The notes beneath the pieces are model-generated. The model saw only the letters and a program-made list of their open reading frames with translations, was not told where the DNA came from and searched no databases. From assembly GCA_002788855.1 (NCBI GenBank), contig PFSB01000021.1:494-64493 (forward strand): a stretch of DNA of 64,000 bases, written 5' to 3'. Source of the stretch: Candidatus Roizmanbacteria bacterium CG_4_9_14_0_2_um_filter_38_17 (GTDB lineage Bacteria > Patescibacteriota > Microgenomatia > GCA-00278855). Of this stretch, positions 18,669-27,671 are shown piece after piece. The position numbers and the translations under genes were made by a program. How positions within the stretch are numbered: position 1 is the stretch's first letter; every line of letters starts with the position of its first letter.

Positions 18669-19835
18669 TTAGAAATCTACTTTTTTACCCTTGGGTACTA
18701 CTTCGATCCAGATCTGCCCTGGAACAAACTGTATTTCTTTGCCATTTTCATCATAGAACAATGTTCTTGCAGTTCTTTTATTTTTACTCCAAGTTCCTTC
18801 AATTGCCTCCCCATTCTTAAAGATAAATGCGTCTCCTGTGCCAATTGTTTCATATAGAAGATGCTTATGTTCGTCTACTGGACCAGTTTCTTTGGTTAAC
18901 TGAACAACAACATTTTTTGCCGTGATCTGTTTTTTTGTCTCAAAATCTGTGTGAGCTTCCCCTCCCATGGTTCTTTTGTAACTATTGTCGGCTTTGTCAT
19001 AATCCCAGATAACATTAAAGTCTTTATATCCATCCCAGAAGCCAAAACTAATTTTGGTAGCATCGGGTGTGTCTTGCGCCTTATCACCATCAGAAAATTC
19101 CCAGGATCTAAAATCCTCATCCCAAGACACGTCGTCTTCGTCAACATTGGTCCAATCTCTCGATTCTGCAACAAAATACAGCCCATTACTTGAACAAACC
19201 ATTGTGTGCTCGGTCGCAACGGTCTTGCTAAGTCTATCTGGATTACGGAAACATGTTGGATATGAGATTCCGAACTGATCCATATCTTTAATTCCATATC
19301 TATCAATCTGACAAAGCGCCTTAGCTTTTTCATCTACAGTAGGATCATTACATTTACCCGCTCCACCTACATGCGCATATAATGCATCGTATTCAGATAC
19401 CCAGTCAAGAAAGTAAGTTCTAGCCGAACGCACAGGTGAAAAATTAATATTGTTTGCCGCTACTCCGCAATAATAAACTCCCATGAAGCGCGTGATTCCA
19501 CCTTCTACTACTGCCTCGTACACAATATCAGCGGAACCTAATCCAGACTGTGGACGAGCATCTGTGTGATTCTCGATCATCACAGCCAAAGGACGCCGTC
19601 CTTCCCATATTGAACGTTCTGTTTTAGTAAATAACATACCGTTCAAAGGACAACTTTCCGTCTTTGGCTCGCCTGGATCAATCTGAACATTTCCCTCTGA
19701 ATCTGTAATTAATGATTGTGGAGATACTAAATCTCCATCAATCTTAGGAGCAAAGATACGCGAAACTCCAAAAGCAACAGCTGTAGATGCCAGATATATA
19801 ATTATGCCTATGACTAATAATTTTTTCTTATCCAT
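18669..19835 (-). CDS. DUF3048 (YerB-like) domain lipoprotein/membrane protein
   Basis: RPLAVMIENH...ARPQSGL..ADIVYEAVVEGGITRF is the conserved DUF3048 core. N-terminal TM helix. Confidence 0.6.
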   Translation of the reverse strand: MDKKKLLVIGIIIYLASTAVAFGVSRIFAPKIDGDLVSPQSLITDSEGNVQIDPGEPKTESCPLNGMLFTKTERSIWEGRRPLAVMIENHTDARPQSGLGSADIVYEAVVEGGITRFMGVYYCGVAANNINFSPVRSARTYFLDWVSEYDALYAHVGGAGKCNDPTVDEKAKALCQIDRYGIKDMDQFGISYPTCFRNPDRLSKTVATEHTMVCSSNGLYFVAESRDWTNVDEDDVSWDEDFRSWEFSDGDKAQDTPDATKISFGFWDGYKDFNVIWDYDKADNSYKRTMGGEAHTDFETKKQITAKNVVVQLTKETGPVDEHKHLLYETIGTGDAFIFKNGEAIEGTWSKNKRTARTLFYDENGKEIQFVPGQIWIEVVPKGKKVDF

Positions 19836-20289
19836 TAACCAATTCCTCTTCTTCCTTACTTAATTCATGGTCTACTCCTTTACCTTTCTTAACGCTTTTA
19901 GCGAACCATCTTGTATTTTGACGTGAATGCAAGGAAGATACTACAACCCCACTTCTTTCATCATCCAAGAACGATATAATAAAGCTCTGGTCACCACCCA
20001 CTTCTTTAAATGGGTTATACCTTAATAATCGCACATTTTGCACAAAAGATCTAGCCCTCTTTGTTAACTGGTGATGATCTTTATCCAGATCACTTAAATT
20101 AGCTTTGGTTTTTTTGATCTCAGCCAATATATGCTCCAGTATCTCTGCTAATTTATTCTTACTTAACCCTTTGGTTAAATTATTATAATGCGAAACACTT
20201 TTAAAAACTGCATATGTGAGCAATAACAACCAGGCAAATATTAATCCCAAAATTGCAGTTAATACGCCAGGCAAGAGTGTGAACACCAT
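19828..20289 (-). CDS. DUF4446-like membrane protein
   Basis: N-terminal TM helix and RYNPFKEVGGDQSFIISFLDDERSGVVVSSLHSRQNTRWFAK, which resembles the DUF4446 conserved block. Confidence 0.5.
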   Translation of the reverse strand: MVFTLLPGVLTAILGLIFAWLLLLTYAVFKSVSHYNNLTKGLSKNKLAEILEHILAEIKKTKANLSDLDKDHHQLTKRARSFVQNVRLLRYNPFKEVGGDQSFIISFLDDERSGVVVSSLHSRQNTRWFAKSVKKGKGVDHELSKEEEELVNG

Positions 20290-20345
20290 ATGTGCTCATA
20301 TTCTATCTTCTTTACAAGCTCAAGTCAATATGATAAATAGATAAC

Positions 20346-20582
20346 ATGAGCAGAAAAACAAGAAAAGAAAAAATTATTGCTGAACTTCATCGTGAACTAA
20401 AAAAGGGCACAGTTTCAGCAACTTCATCGCTCTCTATCTCTTCGCATTCTGTTAAAAAAACTGTTACTAAGCAAATTATACCAGTATCCCCTAAACATGT
20501 AACATCAGACCTTAGAAAAACAGCTATTTTATGTTTCCTTGCGATAGGATTAGAGATATCTCTATACTATTATCTAAGATGA
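20346..20582 (+). CDS. Small hypothetical protein (78 aa) upstream of hydrogenase small subunit
   Basis: ORF only, basic N-terminus and hydrophobic C-terminus. Possibly not real. Confidence 0.25.
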   Translation: MSRKTRKEKIIAELHRELKKGTVSATSSLSISSHSVKKTVTKQIIPVSPKHVTSDLRKTAILCFLAIGLEISLYYYLR

Positions 20583-21082
20583 ATAAACTAGACATAGGAT
20601 GGTTTTCTTTTACATGTTGTGAAGACTCCACGATTATTTTTACCGAACTACTAAATAAACACTATGAGACCTGGAATAAAGTTCTAAACTTTAAACATGT
20701 TCGGGTTCTAAAGCAACAAAACGAAGATGGTCCTTTCGATGTTTCTTTCATTGAGGGAGCCGTCTCGTCAGACAAACAAGCTGTTCGAGTTAAAGAAATA
20801 AGAAGCAAGAGTAAGTACATTGTAGCTATTGGAGCCTGCGGCGTTATGGGAATGCCCTCAAGCCAACGCAATCAATTTACAGATGCTCAAAATGCCGAAA
20901 TCCAATTTTTACTTGACAGATTTAACTATAATGACAAAGTACTAAAAATAGAAGATGTTATTAAAGTGGATTTTAAGGTTCCTGGGTGTCCTATGAATGA
21001 GAAAATATTCTTACAGACAATAGACCAACTTATTAGTAAAATAAGGCTAGACCTTGCACGAAGTGAAAGGTCTAGCCTTTAA
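20579..21082 (+). CDS. [NiFe]-hydrogenase small subunit (minimal, NuoB-like, proximal cluster only)
   Basis: Cys motifs FTCCEDS, AIGACGVMGMPS and VPGCPMN correspond to the proximal Fe-S cluster ligands. Start refined to MNKLDIGW. Adjacent to the large subunit. Confidence 0.7.
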   Translation: MNKLDIGWFSFTCCEDSTIIFTELLNKHYETWNKVLNFKHVRVLKQQNEDGPFDVSFIEGAVSSDKQAVRVKEIRSKSKYIVAIGACGVMGMPSSQRNQFTDAQNAEIQFLLDRFNYNDKVLKIEDVIKVDFKVPGCPMNEKIFLQTIDQLISKIRLDLARSERSSL

Positions 21083-21087
21083 GCATT

Positions 21088-22374
21088 ATGCACCAAGGAA
21101 ATTTCGATCTATCTATAGAAGAAATTAGCAAAATTGAAGGACAAGCTGGGTTGGATATTAAAGTGAGAAGTGGCAAGATTGAAAGTCTTAAATTTAAGAT
21201 AGCTGACTACAAACGCTTCTACACTAAAGCAGTTGAAGGCAAATTAGCGCAAGCTGTCCCACAGCAAGTTGCAAGAATTTGTGGTACCTGTTCTAATGCG
21301 CATCTTCTCTGTTCAATCAAGACGATTGAAAATGCTACAAAGACAGCTCCTTCCAAACAAACCAATAAACTAAGAGAGCTTCTAAATCACGGTCTTATTA
21401 TTCGTGACCACGCCCTGCATCTCTATGTTTTTGTCTTACCAAATTTACTAGGCAAGGATTCTATCTTAGATTTTGATGAGAACAACAAAGAGGAACACGA
21501 ACTACTGCACGACACATTCGATATTAAAGAGGCTGGTAATCTACTGTCTATCTGGGCAGGTGGACGAAGCGTGCATGCACCCTATGCAACACTTGGAGGG
21601 TTTATAAAACTTCCCATGGATCAAACTCATAAGATAGTTGCCCATCTTGAAAAAATTCGCCCTAGAATACTTAAACTAATTAAAATATTCGCAGCAGACA
21701 AAACTAATGTTGAAGAAGATGTAGTATTTGTTGCACTAAATGATCCTAAATTTAATTATCTCTCTGGAGACATAATAACTAGTCAAGGTGGTAAAATTGC
21801 ACCCAATGAGCTTTTTAGTCATCTGACCCATGTAACTATTCCCTACAGCCAAGCCTCAGCTTATTTAATTGGAGAAAAGAAAGTAATGGTTGGAGCACTA
21901 GCCAGGCTTAATCTAAACAAGGATAGCCTCCACCCAAAGACAAAAAAAGACGCTTCAACTGAGCTTGGATTATTTCCTTCCAACAACATTTTTCACAACA
22001 ATCTTGCTCAAGCTATTGAAATATTACACTCCATAGACACCGCTCTTGATTTATTAAACAATATTCAGATTACTCAAGAAAAACCAGTTGTAATAAACAA
22101 TAAGGCTGGAATAGGCACTGGTGTAATAGAAGCTCCTCGAGGATTATTATTCCATCAATATGAGATAACTGAAGATGGAAAAGTCCAGAGCGCAAAAATT
22201 GTAGTTCCCACGGGATTGAATCAGATACTCATCGAACAAAGTTTAAAAACCTACCTTGAAACGAAACTGGATTTATCTAAAGATAAAATTGCTCTTGAAG
22301 CGGAAAAACTGATACGTGCCTACGATCCTTGCATCTCTTGCGCCTCCCACTTTTTGAGACTAAAATGGCTATAA
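21088..22374 (+). CDS. [NiFe]-hydrogenase large (catalytic) subunit
   Basis: N-terminal RICGTCSNAH (RxCGxCxxxH) and C-terminal DPCISCASH (DPCxxCxxH) Ni-Fe ligand motifs. Confidence 0.85.
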   Translation: MHQGNFDLSIEEISKIEGQAGLDIKVRSGKIESLKFKIADYKRFYTKAVEGKLAQAVPQQVARICGTCSNAHLLCSIKTIENATKTAPSKQTNKLRELLNHGLIIRDHALHLYVFVLPNLLGKDSILDFDENNKEEHELLHDTFDIKEAGNLLSIWAGGRSVHAPYATLGGFIKLPMDQTHKIVAHLEKIRPRILKLIKIFAADKTNVEEDVVFVALNDPKFNYLSGDIITSQGGKIAPNELFSHLTHVTIPYSQASAYLIGEKKVMVGALARLNLNKDSLHPKTKKDASTELGLFPSNNIFHNNLAQAIEILHSIDTALDLLNNIQITQEKPVVINNKAGIGTGVIEAPRGLLFHQYEITEDGKVQSAKIVVPTGLNQILIEQSLKTYLETKLDLSKDKIALEAEKLIRAYDPCISCASHFLRLKWL

Positions 22375-22437
22375 GTTACTTTTCCAACATGCACATGCCA
22401 ATAGGCCTACAGCGTGGGATATTTCCCCCCGGGCAGA

Positions 22438-22460
22438 TTCTAAACCCCCGGGGTTTAGAA
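22438..22460. terminator. GC-rich palindrome between convergent hydrogenase large subunit and maturation protease genes
   Basis: ttctaaaccccc/ggggtttagaa has 11-bp arms. Overlaps the protease stop codon and lacks a clean T-run, so terminator function is tentative. Confidence 0.4.
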
Positions 22461-22844
22461 AAGAGCATATTTAAGCACTAAATCTACTACTTGATCAATT
22501 AACTCCTTAGTCAAACCTAATTTAGGGATACCTATTATCATCAGCTTTTTTGGCAACTTACCAAGCTTTTTTAGTAGCTGTAGATGCAAGAAAAGATCAT
22601 AGTCATGCACAGACACAGCCTTATTCTGAACAAACGCGTCTAAGTTATCATATACCTTAACCTTATCTATCCCTAAAACTGTATCTATAATAACCAAGGG
22701 TAACTCTGAATCCGGAGTAAAGTTTTCGGTGGGATCTACCAGAATAAACTCATAGGATGGTAATCTCTTTTCAAGCTCTGGGATCAGGGCCACAGCCGCC
22801 CCGTCTTCCTTAACTAAAGTGTTCCCTAGTACGTATATCTTCAT
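22455..22844 (-). CDS. Hydrogenase maturation endopeptidase (HycI/HyaD/HoxW family)
   Basis: IYVLGNTLVKEDGAAVALIPEL matches the GN..xDDG.G motif. ~130 aa size typical. Confidence 0.7.
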   Translation of the reverse strand: MKIYVLGNTLVKEDGAAVALIPELEKRLPSYEFILVDPTENFTPDSELPLVIIDTVLGIDKVKVYDNLDAFVQNKAVSVHDYDLFLHLQLLKKLGKLPKKLMIIGIPKLGLTKELIDQVVDLVLKYALF

Positions 22845-23547
22845 TAGCTAATTTTATAGCTATGTTAGTATAATAAACTAAATTTCCAACATCAATATCT
22901 GTTAATTTTTCACACAGTACTCCCCAATGAAATGACACTAAATCACCTTTCTTAATTTCATCCGTACTATACGAAACAATATGTTTTTTTGGTTCGGAAA
23001 GCTTTAGTGAAACAGAGTCGTACTCCAGTCTCGGGGAAACAACTTCAAGCTCAGATCTTTTTACTTTTGTTACTTTACCCCAGCTTATTCTACACTGATC
23101 CAGTGTATCCAACGTGTGCTCTATTGGTAAGTGACCCGTCCGCCAGGGAACATTTAAAACATGGAAAGAGTGGTTAGGCAAAGCTCCTTGAGGAAGCTTA
23201 CCAAATAACTGCTCGAGCTCAGAGCGCTTTAACCTCTTTTTAAGATTAAGAGTATCTCGAAGGTGATAATAAAATCGGTTGATATCTAGATTGTGTAAGA
23301 GCTTATTACCTATCCAGTATGCTTTTACCACCTCTAAATCAAACTGATCAAAAATATTATTTTCACCAGCTATATATGATAAATAACTAAAAAGTGTCTG
23401 ATATTGTGTTAGGTGGTTTTTAACTGAGGCATCTACTATTTTAGCTCTCTGATAGTGCTTTATATTTTCCCAATCCGGACCACAAAAAGACAAGGAATTA
23501 GGAGGAGTACTGTAACAAATACAGGTTGAAAGTCCAAGCATCGACAC
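22810..23547 (-). CDS. Hypothetical protein in hydrogenase maturation neighbourhood
   Basis: 245-aa ORF with no motif I recognise. Lies between hypC/EamA and the maturation protease. Confidence 0.45.
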   Translation of the reverse strand: MSMLGLSTCICYSTPPNSLSFCGPDWENIKHYQRAKIVDASVKNHLTQYQTLFSYLSYIAGENNIFDQFDLEVVKAYWIGNKLLHNLDINRFYYHLRDTLNLKKRLKRSELEQLFGKLPQGALPNHSFHVLNVPWRTGHLPIEHTLDTLDQCRISWGKVTKVKRSELEVVSPRLEYDSVSLKLSEPKKHIVSYSTDEIKKGDLVSFHWGVLCEKLTDIDVGNLVYYTNIAIKLANEDIRTREHFS

Positions 23548-23549
23548 GT

Positions 23550-24479
23550 TTAAAGGCTCAGCCTTTTATGAAATAGATGGCTTAGCCTTAGCTTCGGCAA
23601 AGAAATATATCTTGAAAAAACTATTATAAATAGTACCCCCAAGACCACAAATCCACCAGACAAAAGCTGATCGGAAGCTATTGTTTGTGTAATAAATATT
23701 CCGGACAAAATACTTGTAATTAATGTAGCTGGAACCAGAAGCGCACTCACCAAGGTGGCGGGTGCCAAAGACAGCGCAGCATACCAAGTTAGTACATAAA
23801 GAAACAGCGTTGTAGCTCCAACTATCACAGTAAGTATTTGGGGTTGAGATAACCCAATAAACATACTTCCTTTACCCAAAACAAGAGTGGTCAGAGAAAT
23901 TACAACTGCACCAATACTCATCCTTACCCACGCTACAACGAGAGCTGGAACACGTTTTAGTACTAATTTTGCTATTACATTCTCAACTGCCCAGAATAAA
24001 GTTGCTCCTAAGATCATCAGCTCCCCTGTACCCAGTTTAAAATCTCCGCCTTTAAATAGAAGAAGATTACCCCACAAGACAACTGTATAACCTAGCATCT
24101 GCTTGAAAGATAGCTTCTCTTTAAGAAAGAAAATAGCCAGAAAAGCTACCCAAATATAGAGAGATTTATGAATTAAGGACGCAGAAAGAGCCGATGTTTG
24201 GGTAAGACCAACAAAAAAAAGGATAAATGGAATACTTCCGCCAAGCAAGCCAATAAATAGTAACTTTATTTTATCCCCTTTACCGTAGGTCCCCAAGACT
24301 CCCAATCCATAGCGTTTTGCAACTATAGCGGTTAACACCAAAGCAACGATACCTACTCTTAAAGACGTATGAATAAATGGATCTGAAACAGTTACACCTA
24401 TTTTGGCAACAAAGTTAGCAAATCCTGAAATAACAGCTGTTAAAAGCGCCAAGGCAATACCGTTCTGGACTTTACTCAT
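23550..24479 (-). CDS. EamA/DMT-family permease
   Basis: Ten predicted TM helices in two EamA-like halves. Confidence 0.7.
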   Translation of the reverse strand: MSKVQNGIALALLTAVISGFANFVAKIGVTVSDPFIHTSLRVGIVALVLTAIVAKRYGLGVLGTYGKGDKIKLLFIGLLGGSIPFILFFVGLTQTSALSASLIHKSLYIWVAFLAIFFLKEKLSFKQMLGYTVVLWGNLLLFKGGDFKLGTGELMILGATLFWAVENVIAKLVLKRVPALVVAWVRMSIGAVVISLTTLVLGKGSMFIGLSQPQILTVIVGATTLFLYVLTWYAALSLAPATLVSALLVPATLITSILSGIFITQTIASDQLLSGGFVVLGVLFIIVFSRYISLPKLRLSHLFHKRLSL

Positions 24480-24500
24480 TTTTAGAATTATACACTATAC

Positions 24501-24692
24501 TTAAATAAGTGCTTTTCGCATTTTAATAGCTACCTTATAATCTATAATGGACACAACCATATTCCCATACGGAAGTACAAAATCTCCTGGCTTGATAGAT
24601 ATATTACCCTTGAATACCAACTTCCTATCTCCTTCAACAACCACAGAGTCTCCATCTACAGATAGCACTTTACGAGGTACTTGTAGGCACAT
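24501..24692 (-). CDS. hypC: Hydrogenase assembly chaperone HypC/HupF
   Basis: Canonical N-terminus MCLQVP (MC[LI][AG][IV]P) and 63-aa length. Confidence 0.75.
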   Translation of the reverse strand: MCLQVPRKVLSVDGDSVVVEGDRKLVFKGNISIKPGDFVLPYGNMVVSIIDYKVAIKMRKALI

Positions 24693-25982
24693 TTAATTGC
24701 TCCCCACTATAATCTCTATGTCTGCTTTGTCATCTGCATCCAGAAAATCCTCACTAGTTAATACATCTTCCAGATTTTCTAAAACTAAATCAAGCTCTGT
24801 ATTGTTGCCTTCCTTATAACGAATTTCGGTCGTATCGTAATCAAAAAAAGAGGCATTGCCTACTTCAATCACCTCAAATTTTGCCTCTTCAAGTATATTT
24901 TTATACCTGCCAGCTTCCCCTGGGATGCCTGATCCATTTAAGACACGTACCTTAATATCTTGAGCTTTCATAATAACTGCTGTTGGCTCCGGTCGAGACG
25001 TAGGCAAAGTACTAGTAGAGCTGTCTATAGGTATAGTATTATTTGGTTTTTGTTGCAAAAAAGATACTCCTCTCATAATAAGCACAACTGTTAGACCAGC
25101 AACTACTAATCCTAAGAAAATTCCCTTCCAGGGCGGGCTCACGCGAGCTAAACGAATTTTAATACTTTTTTGCGGTTTATGATTTATGTCTAATAACTCA
25201 CTATCTTTTGACACTAGCACCGCTGCAAGAATGGCAACTCGTTCATGCATATCTTGAATATTAGAAATATCCTGCTTCTGACTGTGAGAAAGACGCTCCA
25301 GCGATTTAACTCCATCGTTAAGCCTAATTTTCGTCTGTTCTTCGAATAGTTTTTGATCAAAACTCAAACTACGTTTACCAAAATACACTCCTTGTCTGCA
25401 ATATTCCTGTTCTTTAATAAACTTCTGCACTGTAGGAATAAGTTCTTCATTTGCTATAGCTAAGGGATAAGTTTTTACGGGACCATATTTATCCAGTAAG
25501 TAAATCTGAGTAAATTTTTCTCCTATATGTAGAATTAATTGAGTTTCTTCGGGGGTGATCCCTGCTTCTACAATTCTATATATAGCTAACTGCTCGGGTA
25601 ACAGTCCAGAAATTTTACAGCTGCGAGAATCAAATTTAGCTAACACGCTATCCAATTTATCTTTCTGAACAATAACCACCAGCGTCTCTTTATGTTTATC
25701 GCTATCAACTTCAACTAAAGATATATATATTGCCAGCTTCCTAATATCCAAACTTAGATCATCTATCAAGGTAGAAACCTTTTTATCTACAATGGAGTTA
25801 TCGGTATCTTGTAATCGTTCGCAAATCGAAAGCGTAGGTGAAGAAACTAAAATTACTTTTTTTAAACCAGCTAAACTATCTGGAAGATTATTAAATTCGA
25901 TAACTGACTTACCAAAAGGATTAGTCGAGAGAATAACTCCAACGAAGTCACCATAAATATTTTGAACTGCAGTTTTTTTCAT
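24693..25982 (-). CDS. Pilus-cluster protein: cytoplasmic N-domain, one TM helix, C-terminal LytR_C domain
   Basis: C-terminal IKVRVLNGSGIPGEAGRYKNILEEAKFEVIEVGNA is a LytR_C signature. TM at GIFLGLVVAGLTVVLIM. N-domain PilM/FtsA-like by context only. Confidence 0.5.
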   Translation of the reverse strand: MKKTAVQNIYGDFVGVILSTNPFGKSVIEFNNLPDSLAGLKKVILVSSPTLSICERLQDTDNSIVDKKVSTLIDDLSLDIRKLAIYISLVEVDSDKHKETLVVIVQKDKLDSVLAKFDSRSCKISGLLPEQLAIYRIVEAGITPEETQLILHIGEKFTQIYLLDKYGPVKTYPLAIANEELIPTVQKFIKEQEYCRQGVYFGKRSLSFDQKLFEEQTKIRLNDGVKSLERLSHSQKQDISNIQDMHERVAILAAVLVSKDSELLDINHKPQKSIKIRLARVSPPWKGIFLGLVVAGLTVVLIMRGVSFLQQKPNNTIPIDSSTSTLPTSRPEPTAVIMKAQDIKVRVLNGSGIPGEAGRYKNILEEAKFEVIEVGNASFFDYDTTEIRYKEGNNTELDLVLENLEDVLTSEDFLDADDKADIEIIVGSN

Positions 25983-26039
25983 AGTTCTATGTTTTTAGTT
26001 TATCATAACCAACAGGTCTTAATTGTCACACACAAAAAC

Positions 26040-26065
26040 CACCCTATATAATACTATATAGGGTG
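26040..26065 (-). terminator. Rho-independent terminator downstream of major pilin gene
   Basis: caccctatata-atac-tatatagggtg is a perfect 11-bp stem. On the minus strand it is followed by tttttgtgtgtg. Confidence 0.7.
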
Positions 26066-26121
26066 GGTCAGCTTATTAAACAAATAATTCTCTGCTCTTT
26101 AACCCCACCAGAAACAGAGAA

Positions 26122-26538
26122 TTATCTCGTTACAGTAATCGTCGTGGCTAATTCGCCAGTAGCTGAAGCAGTAACTCTGTTACCGTTCAGGAAAATTACA
26201 TACTGAGTGTCTGTTGGCGTGCCAGTTGATGGGTCACTTGGAATCTCAGGTATATAGTCTGGGACTAAATCGTCACTTAAATTAATAGTTGAACCTGTTC
26301 CATCACCAATATTTGTTGGTGTTGCCGTAATATCAGTTGGGAATGTGCCATTATTTTCGACCGAATACTGATACACAGCATTAACCATCTGGTAAACGTC
26401 ATTTCTCCGCTGAGTATCTCGGGCAGCCGCAAACTGTCTTCCTGGATTAACAGCCACAAGTGCAATAGCCGCCAGTATCGCAATGATACCCATGACTACT
26501 AACAACTCGATAAGTGTAAAACCTTTATTTCTCTTCAT
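26122..26538 (-). CDS. Type IV (pre)pilin, major pilin candidate
   Basis: Class III signal peptide MKRNKG/FTLIELLVVMGIIAILAAIAL with Glu+5. Confidence 0.85.
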   Translation of the reverse strand: MKRNKGFTLIELLVVMGIIAILAAIALVAVNPGRQFAAARDTQRRNDVYQMVNAVYQYSVENNGTFPTDITATPTNIGDGTGSTINLSDDLVPDYIPEIPSDPSTGTPTDTQYVIFLNGNRVTASATGELATTITVTR

Positions 26539-26560
26539 ATTATTATCTTCACCTCCTCTC

Positions 26561-27133
26561 CTATAGATTGGACAAATCCTGTCCGATAATAACTACCATA
26601 TCAGATTCTATCTCTTCAGGCAAGTCCACTATATTTACATCTTCTGTAGTTAACCCGAAAACCTCTATTACCTGATCTTCATATAATCTAACCGACAATT
26701 TACGTCGGAGCTGTGTAACCTTAAGATCTGCTTCCGGAGAACTAGCAACCTGGTGACTGTTAGTAAATCCAGACAGTCTTAGCCTATCTGCTATGGCTGA
26801 GGCTAAACCAGTCTCGGTAGTACCATTTAGAACCTCAATTGCAAGATCAGACTTTTTCACCTCCGATACAGCAGGCATCACTAATTGTTGTTTTTGCTGT
26901 TGTTTCCACAGTTCAGCTAAGCCAACTGCCTCAAGCAAATCTTCGTCTTTAATATCTAACGTTGACACACTAGCTGAGGCCTTTTCGCTCTTAGTAAATG
27001 CTTCAGATATACCACGATATACCACAACACCCACAACGACCAAAAACAACACCGCAAAAACAACACTTCCAGCACTTAGCAAGTGGTATAGATTAAACTT
27101 TTCTTTGTTAAAAATTTTCAGAAACATAAACAT
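26561..27133 (-). CDS. Membrane-anchored LytR_C domain protein
   Basis: N-terminal TM helix. LAIEVLNGTTETGLASAIADRLRLSGF is a LytR_C motif. Confidence 0.55.
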   Translation of the reverse strand: MFMFLKIFNKEKFNLYHLLSAGSVVFAVLFLVVVGVVVYRGISEAFTKSEKASASVSTLDIKDEDLLEAVGLAELWKQQQKQQLVMPAVSEVKKSDLAIEVLNGTTETGLASAIADRLRLSGFTNSHQVASSPEADLKVTQLRRKLSVRLYEDQVIEVFGLTTEDVNIVDLPEEIESDMVVIIGQDLSNL

Positions 27134-27671
27134 TCCCTCTAATTATATACGTTCCTGACCCTTCAATGCCACTTAAGCTTTTAGCCTCAATACTGGTTAT
27201 AGCTGTTAAATATGGCATATTTTCATAACTTTCCAGAAAACCTAATAGACTATCTATTTCTCCTGTAAAGCTAATGGTAAACGGTAAATAAGGATAACCA
27301 CTTCTATCTTTTAATGTTGATTGAGTCCCAAAGTTAAATTCTGGGCTACTTCCATACAAGCTCCCTAAATTTTCAACTACATCAACAAATTTAATAATAG
27401 AGCGTTCATCAGGATACAGCTCTAGTATCTTTTGATCTTCTCCTTGGTATTTTTCCAGCAACCCCGTGGCTATTTCTTTTTTATTCAATAGCGCTTTTGT
27501 TTGATCATGTACAGTTTTAGCACTCTGCACATCTTTCGCCTGTCTCAGCAATAGCGCAATAGATAACACAGTTCCCAACACCAAAAATAGACTTATGTAC
27601 ACACCTCGTTTAAGGACTGCTTTCACCCTCAGCACATTATTCGCTGTCAAATTTGTTGTACTATTATTCAC
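27108..27671 (-). CDS. Type IV pilus assembly protein PilO-like
   Basis: Single TM helix followed by a coiled-coil and ferredoxin-like periplasmic domain. Position downstream of pilMN. Confidence 0.5.
   Translation of the reverse strand: MNNSTTNLTANNVLRVKAVLKRGVYISLFLVLGTVLSIALLLRQAKDVQSAKTVHDQTKALLNKKEIATGLLEKYQGEDQKILELYPDERSIIKFVDVVENLGSLYGSSPEFNFGTQSTLKDRSGYPYLPFTISFTGEIDSLLGFLESYENMPYLTAITSIEAKSLSGIEGSGTYIIRGNVYVSENF

Noticed and set aside
22438-22460. Strong bidirectional intrinsic terminator
   Set aside because: Hairpin is real, but neither strand has a proper U-run and it overlaps a stop codon. Kept only as a low-confidence terminator-like palindrome.
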